The notes beneath the pieces were generated by a model. It did not search any database, was not told where the DNA came from, and saw only the letters and a program-made list of their open reading frames with translations. From NCBI GenBank assembly GCA_963745035.1, contig CAVUVW010000027.1, forward strand, positions 96,001 through 160,000: DNA of 64,000 bases, given 5' to 3'. A program made the translations under genes and the position numbers. This document shows positions 20,477 to 29,355 of the stretch, piece after piece; the first letter of the stretch is position 1; every line of letters begins with the position of its first letter. Source of the DNA: an uncultured delta proteobacterium. GTDB lineage: Bacteria; Desulfobacterota; Binatia; UBA9968.

Positions 20477-20551
20477 AACCACGAAGGTCACGAAGAGCAC
20501 GAAGGCGACGATAGAAGCTTTCTTCGTGAACTTCGTATCCTTCGTGGTGAA
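20477..20551. repeat. 9-mer-unit (CACGAAG) inverted-arm element
   Basis: aac cacgaaggt cacgaagag cacgaagg ... cttcgtgaa cttcgtatc cttcgtggtgaa. Confidence 0.85.
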
Positions 20552-20570
20552 TTGCCTCTGAGGATGAAGC

Positions 20571-21794
20571 ATGTACAAAACCACCAAAGAAGAAAATGAA
20601 ATTCTGACGCGTACGGGGCGCGGCACGCCGATGGGCGAGTTCTTGCGGCGTTATTGGTGGCCCATCGGGATCTCGGCGCATTTGCAGTCGAAACCGACTT
20701 TCATCCGGGTGTTCGGCGAGGATCTCGTGCTTTTCCGCGACGCCACCGGCAAAGTCGGAGTGATCGGCGCGTTCTGCGCGCACCGACGCGCAAACTTGTG
20801 TCTCGGCGATATCGAACGCGACGGCGTGCGCTGCCGCTACCACGGCTGGCTTTATGACACCGGCGGCAAGGTCGTACAGATTCCCGGCGAGCCAGCCGAC
20901 AGCCTGCTGAAGAAAGAAAACATTCGCCTGCCATCCTATCCCGTCGAAGAATTGGGCGGCCTGATCTTCGCCTATTTTGGCCCGCAGCCCGCGCCGCTGG
21001 TGCCGCGCTACAATTTTCTCGTCGGTGCGGGTGAGGTTTATATTACGATCCAAGGATTTCAGAACTGCAATTGGCTTCAGTGCGTCGAGAACGGCATGGA
21101 CCCCGTGCATCCAAGCTTTACACATGGCGGCGCCTGGCCGGACATCATGAGCACCGAGCCGGCGCTTGGTTTCCATGAGACCGAGTGGGGTATGGTTTAC
21201 AAAGCTTATCGAAAGACCAAAGAGCCCGGCATGCTCAACTACCGCGAGCATCATCTGTTGATGCCGGGTATCAGCTGCGGCGGCAGCGGTGGGCGTTATT
21301 TGTCAGGCGAGCAAGCCGGCACTCCCGTTTCCGCCGCGCGTTGGAGCGTGCCTATCGATGACACGCACACTTTGCTCATGCGCGTGCGCTTCAAGCCGTC
21401 GGACAATCCCGGCAAATACGATGGCGATCCATTCAGCCGGCGCTGGAAGCCGCCCGAGAATTTCATCGAGCCGTACAAAGAATATCGCGACTCGGACAAT
21501 CCGGTCTTGGGCTACGAAATTCCGCCGTTGCACTTCATCGAGGACGGCATGGTCGTCGACAGCATGCCGCCGATTGCGGATCGAGAGAACGAACATTTGG
21601 GGCCGGCAATCGACGACGGCATCATCAAGCTGCGCCAGATGTATCTGCGCGAGATCGACAAGGTGAAGCGCGGCGAAGATCCCAGGTGCATCGTGCGCGA
21701 CCCGGAGAAAAACAAGATGATCGTGATCCCTGCCTATGAAAAATGGGTGCCGGAGAGCGAGCGTAATTTAGGCAAGACGGCGGCGGTGGGATAA
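20571..21794 (+). CDS. Rieske non-heme iron oxygenase alpha subunit (phthalate 4,5-dioxygenase-like)
   Basis: CAHR...CRYHGW Rieske motif; ENGMDPVHPSFTH iron-binding motif. Confidence 0.92.
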   Translation: MYKTTKEENEILTRTGRGTPMGEFLRRYWWPIGISAHLQSKPTFIRVFGEDLVLFRDATGKVGVIGAFCAHRRANLCLGDIERDGVRCRYHGWLYDTGGKVVQIPGEPADSLLKKENIRLPSYPVEELGGLIFAYFGPQPAPLVPRYNFLVGAGEVYITIQGFQNCNWLQCVENGMDPVHPSFTHGGAWPDIMSTEPALGFHETEWGMVYKAYRKTKEPGMLNYREHHLLMPGISCGGSGGRYLSGEQAGTPVSAARWSVPIDDTHTLLMRVRFKPSDNPGKYDGDPFSRRWKPPENFIEPYKEYRDSDNPVLGYEIPPLHFIEDGMVVDSMPPIADRENEHLGPAIDDGIIKLRQMYLREIDKVKRGEDPRCIVRDPEKNKMIVIPAYEKWVPESERNLGKTAAVG

Positions 21795-21822
21795 GAAAAT
21801 TGGCGCTTCCTTTCAGTATGAC

Positions 21823-21910
21823 TCACGCAGAGACGCTGAGGGCGCGGAGTTAAAGAGTTTTGCATAAGAAAATGCTCTGAACTCTGCGAACTCCGTGTCT
21901 CTGCGGTGAA
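21823..21910. repeat. 9-mer-unit (CGCAGAG) inverted-arm element
   Basis: cacgcagagacgctgagggcgcggag ... ctctgcgaactccgtgtctctgcggtgaa. Confidence 0.8.
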
Positions 21911-21988
21911 TATTCTTTTACAGCAAACCGGAAATGCCAGAATATTTGAACGCAAAGGGTACAAGAAAGTTTTCGATCGGGAGTATTT

Positions 21989-22309
21989 ATGGCGATTCAC
22001 GCGGTGAATGAAAAGGATGTGCCGATGGCCAAGAGCGGCCGCGGTTTTACCAAATGGCTGCACGTCGCCAAGGCTGAGACGGGACCGGAGGTGATGATTC
22101 GTCACTGGGGGTCGGACACCGACATTCCCGTGCATAGCCATCCCTATCACGAAATGTTTTACGTGCTCGAAGGCGAAGTGGAAATCGGCGACGCCGTTTA
22201 CGCCGCGGGCGCATGCATTTTCATCGAGAGCAACACGCCCTACGGTCCGACACGTGCGCCGAAGGGCGCCAAGGTGTTGAGGTATGCCGAAGCCCCATCA
22301 AAGTCATGA
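21989..22309 (+). CDS. Cupin domain protein
   Basis: PVHSHPYHEMFYVLEGE. Confidence 0.85.
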   Translation: MAIHAVNEKDVPMAKSGRGFTKWLHVAKAETGPEVMIRHWGSDTDIPVHSHPYHEMFYVLEGEVEIGDAVYAAGACIFIESNTPYGPTRAPKGAKVLRYAEAPSKS

Positions 22310-23105
22310 TTACCTGGATGTTCTAGGTCTCAAGACTTTTTACATCAAGGCCGGCGCAGGCCATCCGATCGTGCTTTGCCACGGCGGTTCGCCGGGCACC
22401 TGCTCTTCGGTCAATTGGAAGCTCAACATCGAGCCGCTCGCGGCCGCCGGCTTCGAGGTTTTGGCCTTTGACCAGCCGGGCTTCGGTTTAACGGACAATC
22501 CCGTGGATTACTCGCTCGATTTTCGCTATCAGCACGCCAGGGCGTTCATTGATGCGATGGGAATCGAGCGTTATCATGTCGCGGGTAATTCCATGGGGGC
22601 ATACTTGGCGGCGCGCTTGGCGTTGGAGGATCCGCGGGCGGACCGATTGATTTTGATCTCCAGCAACACTTTGGCCCCGAAAGGGTCGCCGGCGTCGCAA
22701 GCGAAGTCGACGAAACACGCCGAGGAATTGCGCGCGTACACGCCGAGTTTTGAGAATATGCTCAAAATGACTCAAGGCACGCTCTATCACCAGGAGCTAG
22801 TCACTCGGGAGCTCGTCCAGGAGCGCTACGAGATGAGCACGGGCAAGAACTATGAAGCCCAGTTGAAACGCTACGATGCGCCAAAGTCAAAATCGTTGAC
22901 AGAGCAACTCGGCAATCTCACATGCAAGACCCTCATTATCTGGGGTAAAAACGATCACGGCACCTCAGTCGAGCAGGCCTGGTTGATGTTTGAAAAGATT
23001 CCCCGGGCAGAACTGCACATCTTCGACCAAGCTGCTCATTGGGTCCACTGGGATCATGCCGAACGAGTCAACGGTTTGATCGGCGATTATGTCAGGTTGG
23101 CCTAG
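22284..23105 (+). CDS. Alpha/beta hydrolase, meta-cleavage-product (BphD/MhpC-like)
   Basis: HGGSPG, DQPGFG, GNSMGA, WGKND, AAHWVHWD. Confidence 0.82.
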   Translation: MPKPHQSHDYLDVLGLKTFYIKAGAGHPIVLCHGGSPGTCSSVNWKLNIEPLAAAGFEVLAFDQPGFGLTDNPVDYSLDFRYQHARAFIDAMGIERYHVAGNSMGAYLAARLALEDPRADRLILISSNTLAPKGSPASQAKSTKHAEELRAYTPSFENMLKMTQGTLYHQELVTRELVQERYEMSTGKNYEAQLKRYDAPKSKSLTEQLGNLTCKTLIIWGKNDHGTSVEQAWLMFEKIPRAELHIFDQAAHWVHWDHAERVNGLIGDYVRLA

Positions 23106-23173
23106 CATTCTCGTTCGTATCCGGTGAAACATAATGAGTGATGATGAGGCCGACGCCAAGCGCGCGTATATCG

Positions 23174-23581
23174 ATGCTGAACCAAAGCGAAGCTGAGGAG
23201 ATCGTTCTTGCAAGACTCGGAGCTCGTTATGGAGGCGACCGCGTTCGTATCGTCGATGGTCAAACTGTGGAGCGCGCTTTCGGCTGGGTATTCACCTTGG
23301 CAGCGGATGGCTCCATGAACAATTCGGAAATCGAGCTTCCCCGGCAAGTGATTCTAAACAAGTATTCAGAACAACTCGTGGCATGTTCAGTTCAGCATTC
23401 GCCGAAGCAGTTGATCAAACTCTATGAAAAATTGTTGTCTCAACACCAATCAGGTGCGACAAACTGGTGCCTAACTGTTTCTTTTCCGTTTCCATGGCGG
23501 CGTTGGTGGAAAGGCTCAGTGGCGCAAAAGGCAAGTGAGTCGGGATTTTACGAGATCGGCACGAAGGAGGGGGATCGATGA
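23174..23581 (+). CDS. Hypothetical protein with YrhB/Imm35-like N-terminus
   Basis: EAEEIV...IVDGQTVERAFGWVF resembles YrhB-like proteins. Confidence 0.5.
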   Translation: MLNQSEAEEIVLARLGARYGGDRVRIVDGQTVERAFGWVFTLAADGSMNNSEIELPRQVILNKYSEQLVACSVQHSPKQLIKLYEKLLSQHQSGATNWCLTVSFPFPWRRWWKGSVAQKASESGFYEIGTKEGDR

Positions 23582-24576
23582 GAAGGGCCGTATGCGCTTC
23601 TGTCATTGGCACGGTATTTTTTGGTGTTCTTGCTGCGGCCGTGTTAAGCCAGGAGAAAAAACTTGAAAGGCTCCGTGTCGGCGGTGGATCGGCATCGGGA
23701 ACGCAGCTTTCGATGTGGCTCGCTAAAGAAGGAAACTTTTACGAAAAGCATGGTCTCAACGTCGAGGCGATCAGCATCCCCGGCAGCTCGCTCGCTATTC
23801 AAGCGATGCTCGCCGGCGAGCTGCCGATCATACAACTCGGCGGCGCCGCTTCGATCCAGGCAAATCTCGGCGGCGCGGATACCGTGATTATCGCGACAAT
23901 CGTGCGCAAGTTTCTATTTTGGATCTATGGACGGCCGGAAATCGGCAAGATGGAAGATCTCAAAGGCAAAGTGTTCGGCACGACCCGCTTCGGCACACTC
24001 TCCGATCTTGCTTCGCGCTTCGCGCTGCGGCTTCACGGCATCGATCCCGAGCGCGATATCACGATGATTCAGACCGGCGGGCCGGCGGAGACGGTGAGCG
24101 CCATGATGACGGGGAAGGTCCATGCGGCGGCGTTGACTCCGCCCGCTACTCTGCAAGCCAAGAAGACCAAGCTTAAGGAATTGTTGGACATGTCCAAGCT
24201 CGATGCCGAGTATCACATCAACGGCGTGGTCACCACCCGGAGATTTCTCAAGAGCAACGAAGATACCGTGCGGCGCTTTATGCGCGCTTATATCGAAGGC
24301 GCGGCGCGAGCTCAGAAAGACAAACCATTCGCGCTTAAAGCCATGACCAGAATCTTTCGCACCGATGATCGCGAGTTGTTGGACGAAACTTACGACATGA
24401 TCATCAAGACAAACTTCGCTATCCCGCCGCATCCGTCGATAGCCGGAATTGCGAGCCTTATCCAAGGGCTGGATAAAACAAATCCGAAAGCGAAGAGCGC
24501 CAAACCGGAAGACCACGCCGACGGTAAAATCGTGCGCGAGCTCGAGCAGAGCGGATTCATCAAAACGCTACAATAA
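23578..24576 (+). CDS. NMT1/SsuA-type solute-binding protein
   Basis: Signal peptide; YEKHGLNVE; DLKGKVFG; GIDPERDI. Confidence 0.88.
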   Translation: MRRAVCASVIGTVFFGVLAAAVLSQEKKLERLRVGGGSASGTQLSMWLAKEGNFYEKHGLNVEAISIPGSSLAIQAMLAGELPIIQLGGAASIQANLGGADTVIIATIVRKFLFWIYGRPEIGKMEDLKGKVFGTTRFGTLSDLASRFALRLHGIDPERDITMIQTGGPAETVSAMMTGKVHAAALTPPATLQAKKTKLKELLDMSKLDAEYHINGVVTTRRFLKSNEDTVRRFMRAYIEGAARAQKDKPFALKAMTRIFRTDDRELLDETYDMIIKTNFAIPPHPSIAGIASLIQGLDKTNPKAKSAKPEDHADGKIVRELEQSGFIKTLQ

Positions 24577-24584
24577 CAAATAAG

Positions 24585-24720
24585 CGTTCAAAAGGTTCAA
24601 GTCGTTCAAATCGTTCAACCCCCACCTCGTTCCTCCCCGGGGGCGCGGGGGAGGATGTAAGGAGGGGGCTTGAACTGAGCGCAGCGGTTGAACGGAGCGA
24701 AGCGATTGAGCTGCTTGAAC
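24585..24720. repeat. ~135-bp composite element: GTTCAA 9-mer arms around a C-rich/G-rich hairpin
   Basis: Reverse complement aligns with 55436-55572 (exact 22-mer cgctccgttcaaccgctgcgct). Confidence 0.88.
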
Positions 24721-24729
24721 AACTAATCC

Positions 24730-25770
24730 TTAGAGCCGGTAAAAGCGCTTGGCATTGTCGTAGATGATTTTCTTTTTGGCTTCGCGAGACAGATCCTTTC
24801 GGTCGAAGTACTCTTTGACGAGCTTGCGCATGTCGGTGCGGGTAGCTTCGTGGGGGAAGTCGGATGCCCACAGCAAGCAATCGTCGCCGAGCAGCTCGAC
24901 ATCTCGTTTGGTAGTGATCTCCTCGCCGCACTGAAAGTACAGCTGCTTGCGCGCGAGCAATTCGCGCGGCAGCACCGGGCGCTCGGCGGGCGCGACCCGC
25001 TCCTGGCGCTCTTCGATCTTGCTCATCAGAAACGCCGTCCAGCCGCAGCCGGCTTCGAGAAAGCCGAGCCGCAACTTTTTCAACTTGTTCATCACGCCGG
25101 AGAACATGATATTGGTGAACTGGCGCATCTGCGGGATCACGTGCGTGAGCGCCGCCGCTTCGTTGGGCACCAGATAGCGGTCGTTATCGCGAAGCGAATT
25201 GCACGAGTGGATCGATAGCGCGCAGCCCAGCTTGTCGGCTTCTTGATAGATAGGCCAAAACTGCCGATGACCCAAGGGCAGTTGCAGCCCGTCGGCGGGC
25301 AAGATGCCGCCGACCATTCCATATTTGTTCACCGCCCGGCGGAGTTCCTTCACAGCGCCTTGTGGATCTTGGAGCGGCAGCAGTGCCATGCCGCGGAAGC
25401 GGCCATCGTGCTTTAAAAAACGATCGTGCAGGTAATCGTTATAGGCGCGGCATAGCTCGACGGCATAGGGTGGATTGCCGATCTGGCCGATGTGCATGAA
25501 TCTTGTGGGGTAAAGGACAGTCAGCTCGAAGCCGCCTTCATCGAGCTTGCCCGCCCATTCGCGCCAATCCGGCACGCGGAAGTCCTGTTGGCGAAAATCG
25601 TTCGCGGGGATCGAACGGTGCCAACCATGATGCGGCGTCAAGGGAAAGTAAAGCAACGCATCGCGGCGCGCGCGATAGCCGGCGGACATGTACTCGATAA
25701 TCTCTTCGTCGGTTTCGCGCACGTGGCCGTCGGCGTCGATGATGCGCGCTTTCGCTTTTCCGTTCTTCAA
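24730..25770 (-). CDS. Amidohydrolase_2 family (decarboxylase/hydratase-like)
   Basis: IIDADGH, RAYND, FLEAGCGW, WASDFPH; TTG start after GGAGG. Confidence 0.88.
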   Translation of the reverse strand: MKNGKAKARIIDADGHVRETDEEIIEYMSAGYRARRDALLYFPLTPHHGWHRSIPANDFRQQDFRVPDWREWAGKLDEGGFELTVLYPTRFMHIGQIGNPPYAVELCRAYNDYLHDRFLKHDGRFRGMALLPLQDPQGAVKELRRAVNKYGMVGGILPADGLQLPLGHRQFWPIYQEADKLGCALSIHSCNSLRDNDRYLVPNEAAALTHVIPQMRQFTNIMFSGVMNKLKKLRLGFLEAGCGWTAFLMSKIEERQERVAPAERPVLPRELLARKQLYFQCGEEITTKRDVELLGDDCLLWASDFPHEATRTDMRKLVKEYFDRKDLSREAKKKIIYDNAKRFYRL

Positions 25771-25902
25771 GATTGCCTCCGTCGTTTGCGTTGATTTTCT
25801 CGCATGGAGCGTAATCGCTGTCAACGAAGTGGAGTGCCGCCATCGCGAGCTTCCTAGGATCGCCGGTTAGAGTTTCTACCTGAGCTACGCTAAGCTGACA
25901 CG

Positions 25903-28900
25903 ATGAGCGGTTCCTTGACAGCCCGCTTCTTCAATCAAGTCGATCGACTTTCACAGGAGCGCGGCCGCCGTTATTTTCTACGCGGCGCGGTGAGTTTCAT
26001 CGAGGGCAGCAACACGTCCATCCATGCCGGTGTGCAAGGGACACGTCTGTACGACGTCGACATCTCGATCGACAAGCGCGTCATCGACGCCTCGTGCACG
26101 TGCCCTTTCTTCGAGCGGGAGCTCGATCCTTGTAAGCATATTTGGGCGGCGCTGCTCGCCGCGGAACAGAGCGGCTTTCTCGCGGCTTTGGAAGCCATTC
26201 CTGCGCCGCATTTGCGAGGCGTGGCGCCCAAACCGGCTTCAAAAAAGATGGCGGCATCGCGCGGCAACGCGAAAAATTTGCGGGAGGCGAGCTGGCGGCA
26301 CCAACTGCTCAGCCTGCGCACTCAACTCGAAGGCGACGGCCGCGGCAGGAGTCACCGCGGCGGAGCAGAGCGCGTCTTGAATTATTTCATCGATGCCGGG
26401 GAGACGACCGGCAGAGGCGCATTGGCACTCCAAGTTGGACTTGCCGAGCGCAAGACCGATGGCGATTGGGGCAAGCTCAAGTTCAGGAGACTGAACCGGC
26501 AGGATATCGGCTTACTCAGCGACAGCGACGATCGGCACATACTCGCCATGCTGCTTGGAGCGCTCGCCCAGGCAGATTACGGGTACTCGTCTTATTTATC
26601 CTATGGCTCGGCTGCGAACAGCTTTGAAATCGCCCCGGCGCTATGGGAGATCGCGCTGTCGCGCATCTGCGCCACCGGCCGTTGCTTTTTGCGCGATCCT
26701 TCCGGCGCGAGCAAAACAGATTCGTCGCTGCAATGGGATGACGGTGCCGCCTGGGAGTTTCGCCTGCGCGTCACGCTCGCGAACGGGAAAAAATACTATC
26801 GCTTGAACGGCTTCCTGAGACGCGATCCGGTGGAGATGCCCTTGACCCAGGCTGCGCTACTCGTTCCTGGTGGTCTTGTTTTCCACGACGGCCGAATCGC
26901 CCGGATGAACGACTACGGCGCGTTTCCCTGGATTTCTCTGTTGCGCTCGCGTGAGACAATCTTGTTTCCCAAAGCCGATGCGGACGAATTCATCGACCAG
27001 CTCGTGCGCTTGCCTCGGCAGACGCCTCTCGATCTGCCCGAGGAGCTGCACTTCGAGCGAATTACTGCGGACCCCAAACCCAATCTAGTCATCAAACCGG
27101 GAAAACCTGATACATGGGGGCGCGACTTCGTCATCGGCGAGTTGATGTTTGAGTACGCCGGCAGTCATGTGGCGGCGGAGCCGGCGACAGCTAACGTGTA
27201 TCAAAAGGCCGAGCGGCGCGTTATCGAACGCGATACAGCAGCCGAGAACGCGGCAAAAAACCGGTTGGCTCAGCTCGGGTTTCGCATCTCCCGGCGCTCG
27301 ATAGACGGTTCGCTGGAGCTCGCTGCCGAGCGCGTGCCTCGGGTCGTGCGCACCCTCGCTCAAGAAGGCTGGCGGGTGGAGGCGGAAGGAAAACTCTACC
27401 GGAACGCGGGCGCTCTGCGCTTGGAGATCAGCTCGGGAGTCGATTGGTTCGATCTGCAAGGCACTGCGAAGTTTGGCGATGTCGAGGTGGCGCTGCCCAA
27501 ATTGCTGCGCGCCATCAAGCACGGCGAAAATACCGTGCGGCTGGACGACGGCTCGTTGGGCATCATCCCGGAGGAATGGCTCGCCAAATATCGACTCCTC
27601 GCCGGGCTGGGCGATCTCGACCGGGATCACCTGCGCTTCACTCGGCCGCAGGCTGGATTGCTCGATGTTTTGCTTGCGGGCGAGCCGGAGGTGCGGTTCG
27701 ATCCGCTCTTTGAGCGGGTGCGTAATGAGCTCAAAGGATTCGCAGGGGTCCGAGCGGCGGACCCGTCTCCGAGCTTTGGCGGCACCCTGCGCGACTACCA
27801 ACGCGAAGGGCTGGGTTGGCTCCAATTTCTGCAGCGCTTCGGATTCGGCGGTTGTCTGGCAGATGACATGGGCTTGGGTAAGACGATCCAGGTGCTGGCG
27901 CTATTGGATTCGCAGCGCAGCGAAGCGGCGAGCGATTCCAGACCGAGACCGCGCACGTCCCTCGTGGTCGTGCCGCGTTCTCTGGTGTTTCACTGGCGCG
28001 AAGAAGCGGCGCGCTTCGCTCCGGAGCTGCGAATTTTGGAACACTTTGGAGTCGGACGTCGCCATCCCGGCGAGCACTTCGGCGAGTATGATGTGGTCAT
28101 CACGACGTATGGGACCTTGGCGCGCGACGCTTTGCGCTTCAAAGACGTTGCTTTTGACTACTGCATTCTCGACGAAGCGCAAGCGATCAAGAACGCGGGC
28201 ACGCTCTCGGCGAAGGCTGCCCGCCTCATCCATGCCGAGCAACGATTGGCGCTCAGCGGCACGCCCGTGCAAAATCACTTGGGCGAGCTCTGGAGCCTCT
28301 TCGAGTTTCTCAACCCCGGCATGCTCGGCGGCGCGACCGTGTTTGGCGCCATCGGACGCAATCCGGATGCAGGAACACGCGCACTTTTGGCCCGGGCGTT
28401 GCGGCCGTTTATCCTGCGTCGAACCAAAGAACAGGTTGCCAAAGAGCTGCCCGCCAAAACCGAGCAGACTATTTATTGCGACCTCGAGCCACGCGAGCGA
28501 AAAAATTATGACGAGTTGCGCGACTATTATCGCGCTCGACTGCTCAAGCCCAATGCGGATGACGTTGCGACGGGCCGGTTCAAGTTTCAGGTGCTCGAAG
28601 CATTGCTGCGCCTGCGCCAAGCGGCGTGCCATCCGGGATTGGTCGACAAGCGAAGAGTCGAGGAGTCGAGCGCAAAGATCGATACTTTGCTGGCGCAGCT
28701 TGATCAGGTCCTCGAAGAAGAGCACAAGGTCCTAGTCTTTTCGCAATTCACCAGCCTGCTTGCCATCGTCCGGACGCGGCTGGATCGGGGCAAGATTCCT
28801 TACGTTTACCTCGACGGACGCACGCGCGATCGTCAGGCGCGGGTGGAGCAGTTTCAAAACGATCCGGCGATGAAGCTGTTTCTGATCAGCTTGAAGGCGG

Positions 28901-29175
28901 GCGGTCTCGGTCTCAACCTGCACGCCGCGGAATATGTTTACCTGCTCGACCCGTGGTGGAACCCGGCGGTCGAAACGCAAGCCATCGATCGCGCGCACCG
29001 CATTGGCCAGACGCGTCAGGTCTTTGCTTACCGGTTGATCGCGCGTCAAACCGTGGAAGAAAAAGTCCTCGAGCTGCAGCGCTCCAAGCGCGATCTTGCC
29101 GACGCAATCATCAGCGCGGACAATAGTCTGCTGCATAATTTGACGCGGGAAGACTTGGAGTTGCTGCTGTCGTAA
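25903..29175 (+). CDS. SNF2-family ATPase with N-terminal SWIM zinc finger
   Basis: CTCP...CKH; LADDMGLGKT; DEAQ; SGTP; DPWWNPAVETQAIDRAHRIGQ. Confidence 0.95.
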   Translation: MSGSLTARFFNQVDRLSQERGRRYFLRGAVSFIEGSNTSIHAGVQGTRLYDVDISIDKRVIDASCTCPFFERELDPCKHIWAALLAAEQSGFLAALEAIPAPHLRGVAPKPASKKMAASRGNAKNLREASWRHQLLSLRTQLEGDGRGRSHRGGAERVLNYFIDAGETTGRGALALQVGLAERKTDGDWGKLKFRRLNRQDIGLLSDSDDRHILAMLLGALAQADYGYSSYLSYGSAANSFEIAPALWEIALSRICATGRCFLRDPSGASKTDSSLQWDDGAAWEFRLRVTLANGKKYYRLNGFLRRDPVEMPLTQAALLVPGGLVFHDGRIARMNDYGAFPWISLLRSRETILFPKADADEFIDQLVRLPRQTPLDLPEELHFERITADPKPNLVIKPGKPDTWGRDFVIGELMFEYAGSHVAAEPATANVYQKAERRVIERDTAAENAAKNRLAQLGFRISRRSIDGSLELAAERVPRVVRTLAQEGWRVEAEGKLYRNAGALRLEISSGVDWFDLQGTAKFGDVEVALPKLLRAIKHGENTVRLDDGSLGIIPEEWLAKYRLLAGLGDLDRDHLRFTRPQAGLLDVLLAGEPEVRFDPLFERVRNELKGFAGVRAADPSPSFGGTLRDYQREGLGWLQFLQRFGFGGCLADDMGLGKTIQVLALLDSQRSEAASDSRPRPRTSLVVVPRSLVFHWREEAARFAPELRILEHFGVGRRHPGEHFGEYDVVITTYGTLARDALRFKDVAFDYCILDEAQAIKNAGTLSAKAARLIHAEQRLALSGTPVQNHLGELWSLFEFLNPGMLGGATVFGAIGRNPDAGTRALLARALRPFILRRTKEQVAKELPAKTEQTIYCDLEPRERKNYDELRDYYRARLLKPNADDVATGRFKFQVLEALLRLRQAACHPGLVDKRRVEESSAKIDTLLAQLDQVLEEEHKVLVFSQFTSLLAIVRTRLDRGKIPYVYLDGRTRDRQARVEQFQNDPAMKLFLISLKAGGLGLNLHAAEYVYLLDPWWNPAVETQAIDRAHRIGQTRQVFAYRLIARQTVEEKVLELQRSKRDLADAIISADNSLLHNLTREDLELLLS

Positions 29176-29209
29176 AGATTCGGTCCGGCGACGAAAAGGA
29201 AGTGGGGAA

Positions 29210-29260
29210 AGATTTCTCGCGGAGTTTACCCTGAGCCTTGCCGAAGGGCTCGAAATGACA
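29210..29260. repeat. 3' half of the ...ATGACA REP-like element
   Basis: agatttctcgcggagtttaccctgagccttgccgaagggctcgaaatgaca versus 14873-14924. Confidence 0.75.
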
Positions 29261-29355
29261 AGACGGACCAGTTTCAGGTGGAGTCCATTGGTTGACAGTT
29301 GCCTATCAGTCTCTGTAATCTCTTTCATCAGTCGACAACCTAGGGAGGATTTCGC

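Noticed and set aside
19503-21254. Long antisense or alternate-frame ORFs (also 27473-28735, 28732-30198, 51780-53093)
   Set aside because: Shadow ORFs of well-supported genes in GC-rich DNA, with no recognisable motifs.
25903-29175. SNF2 ATPase as part of an anti-phage system
   Set aside because: No adjacent methylase, nuclease or other defence genes; it has the ordinary stand-alone SWIM-SNF2 architecture.
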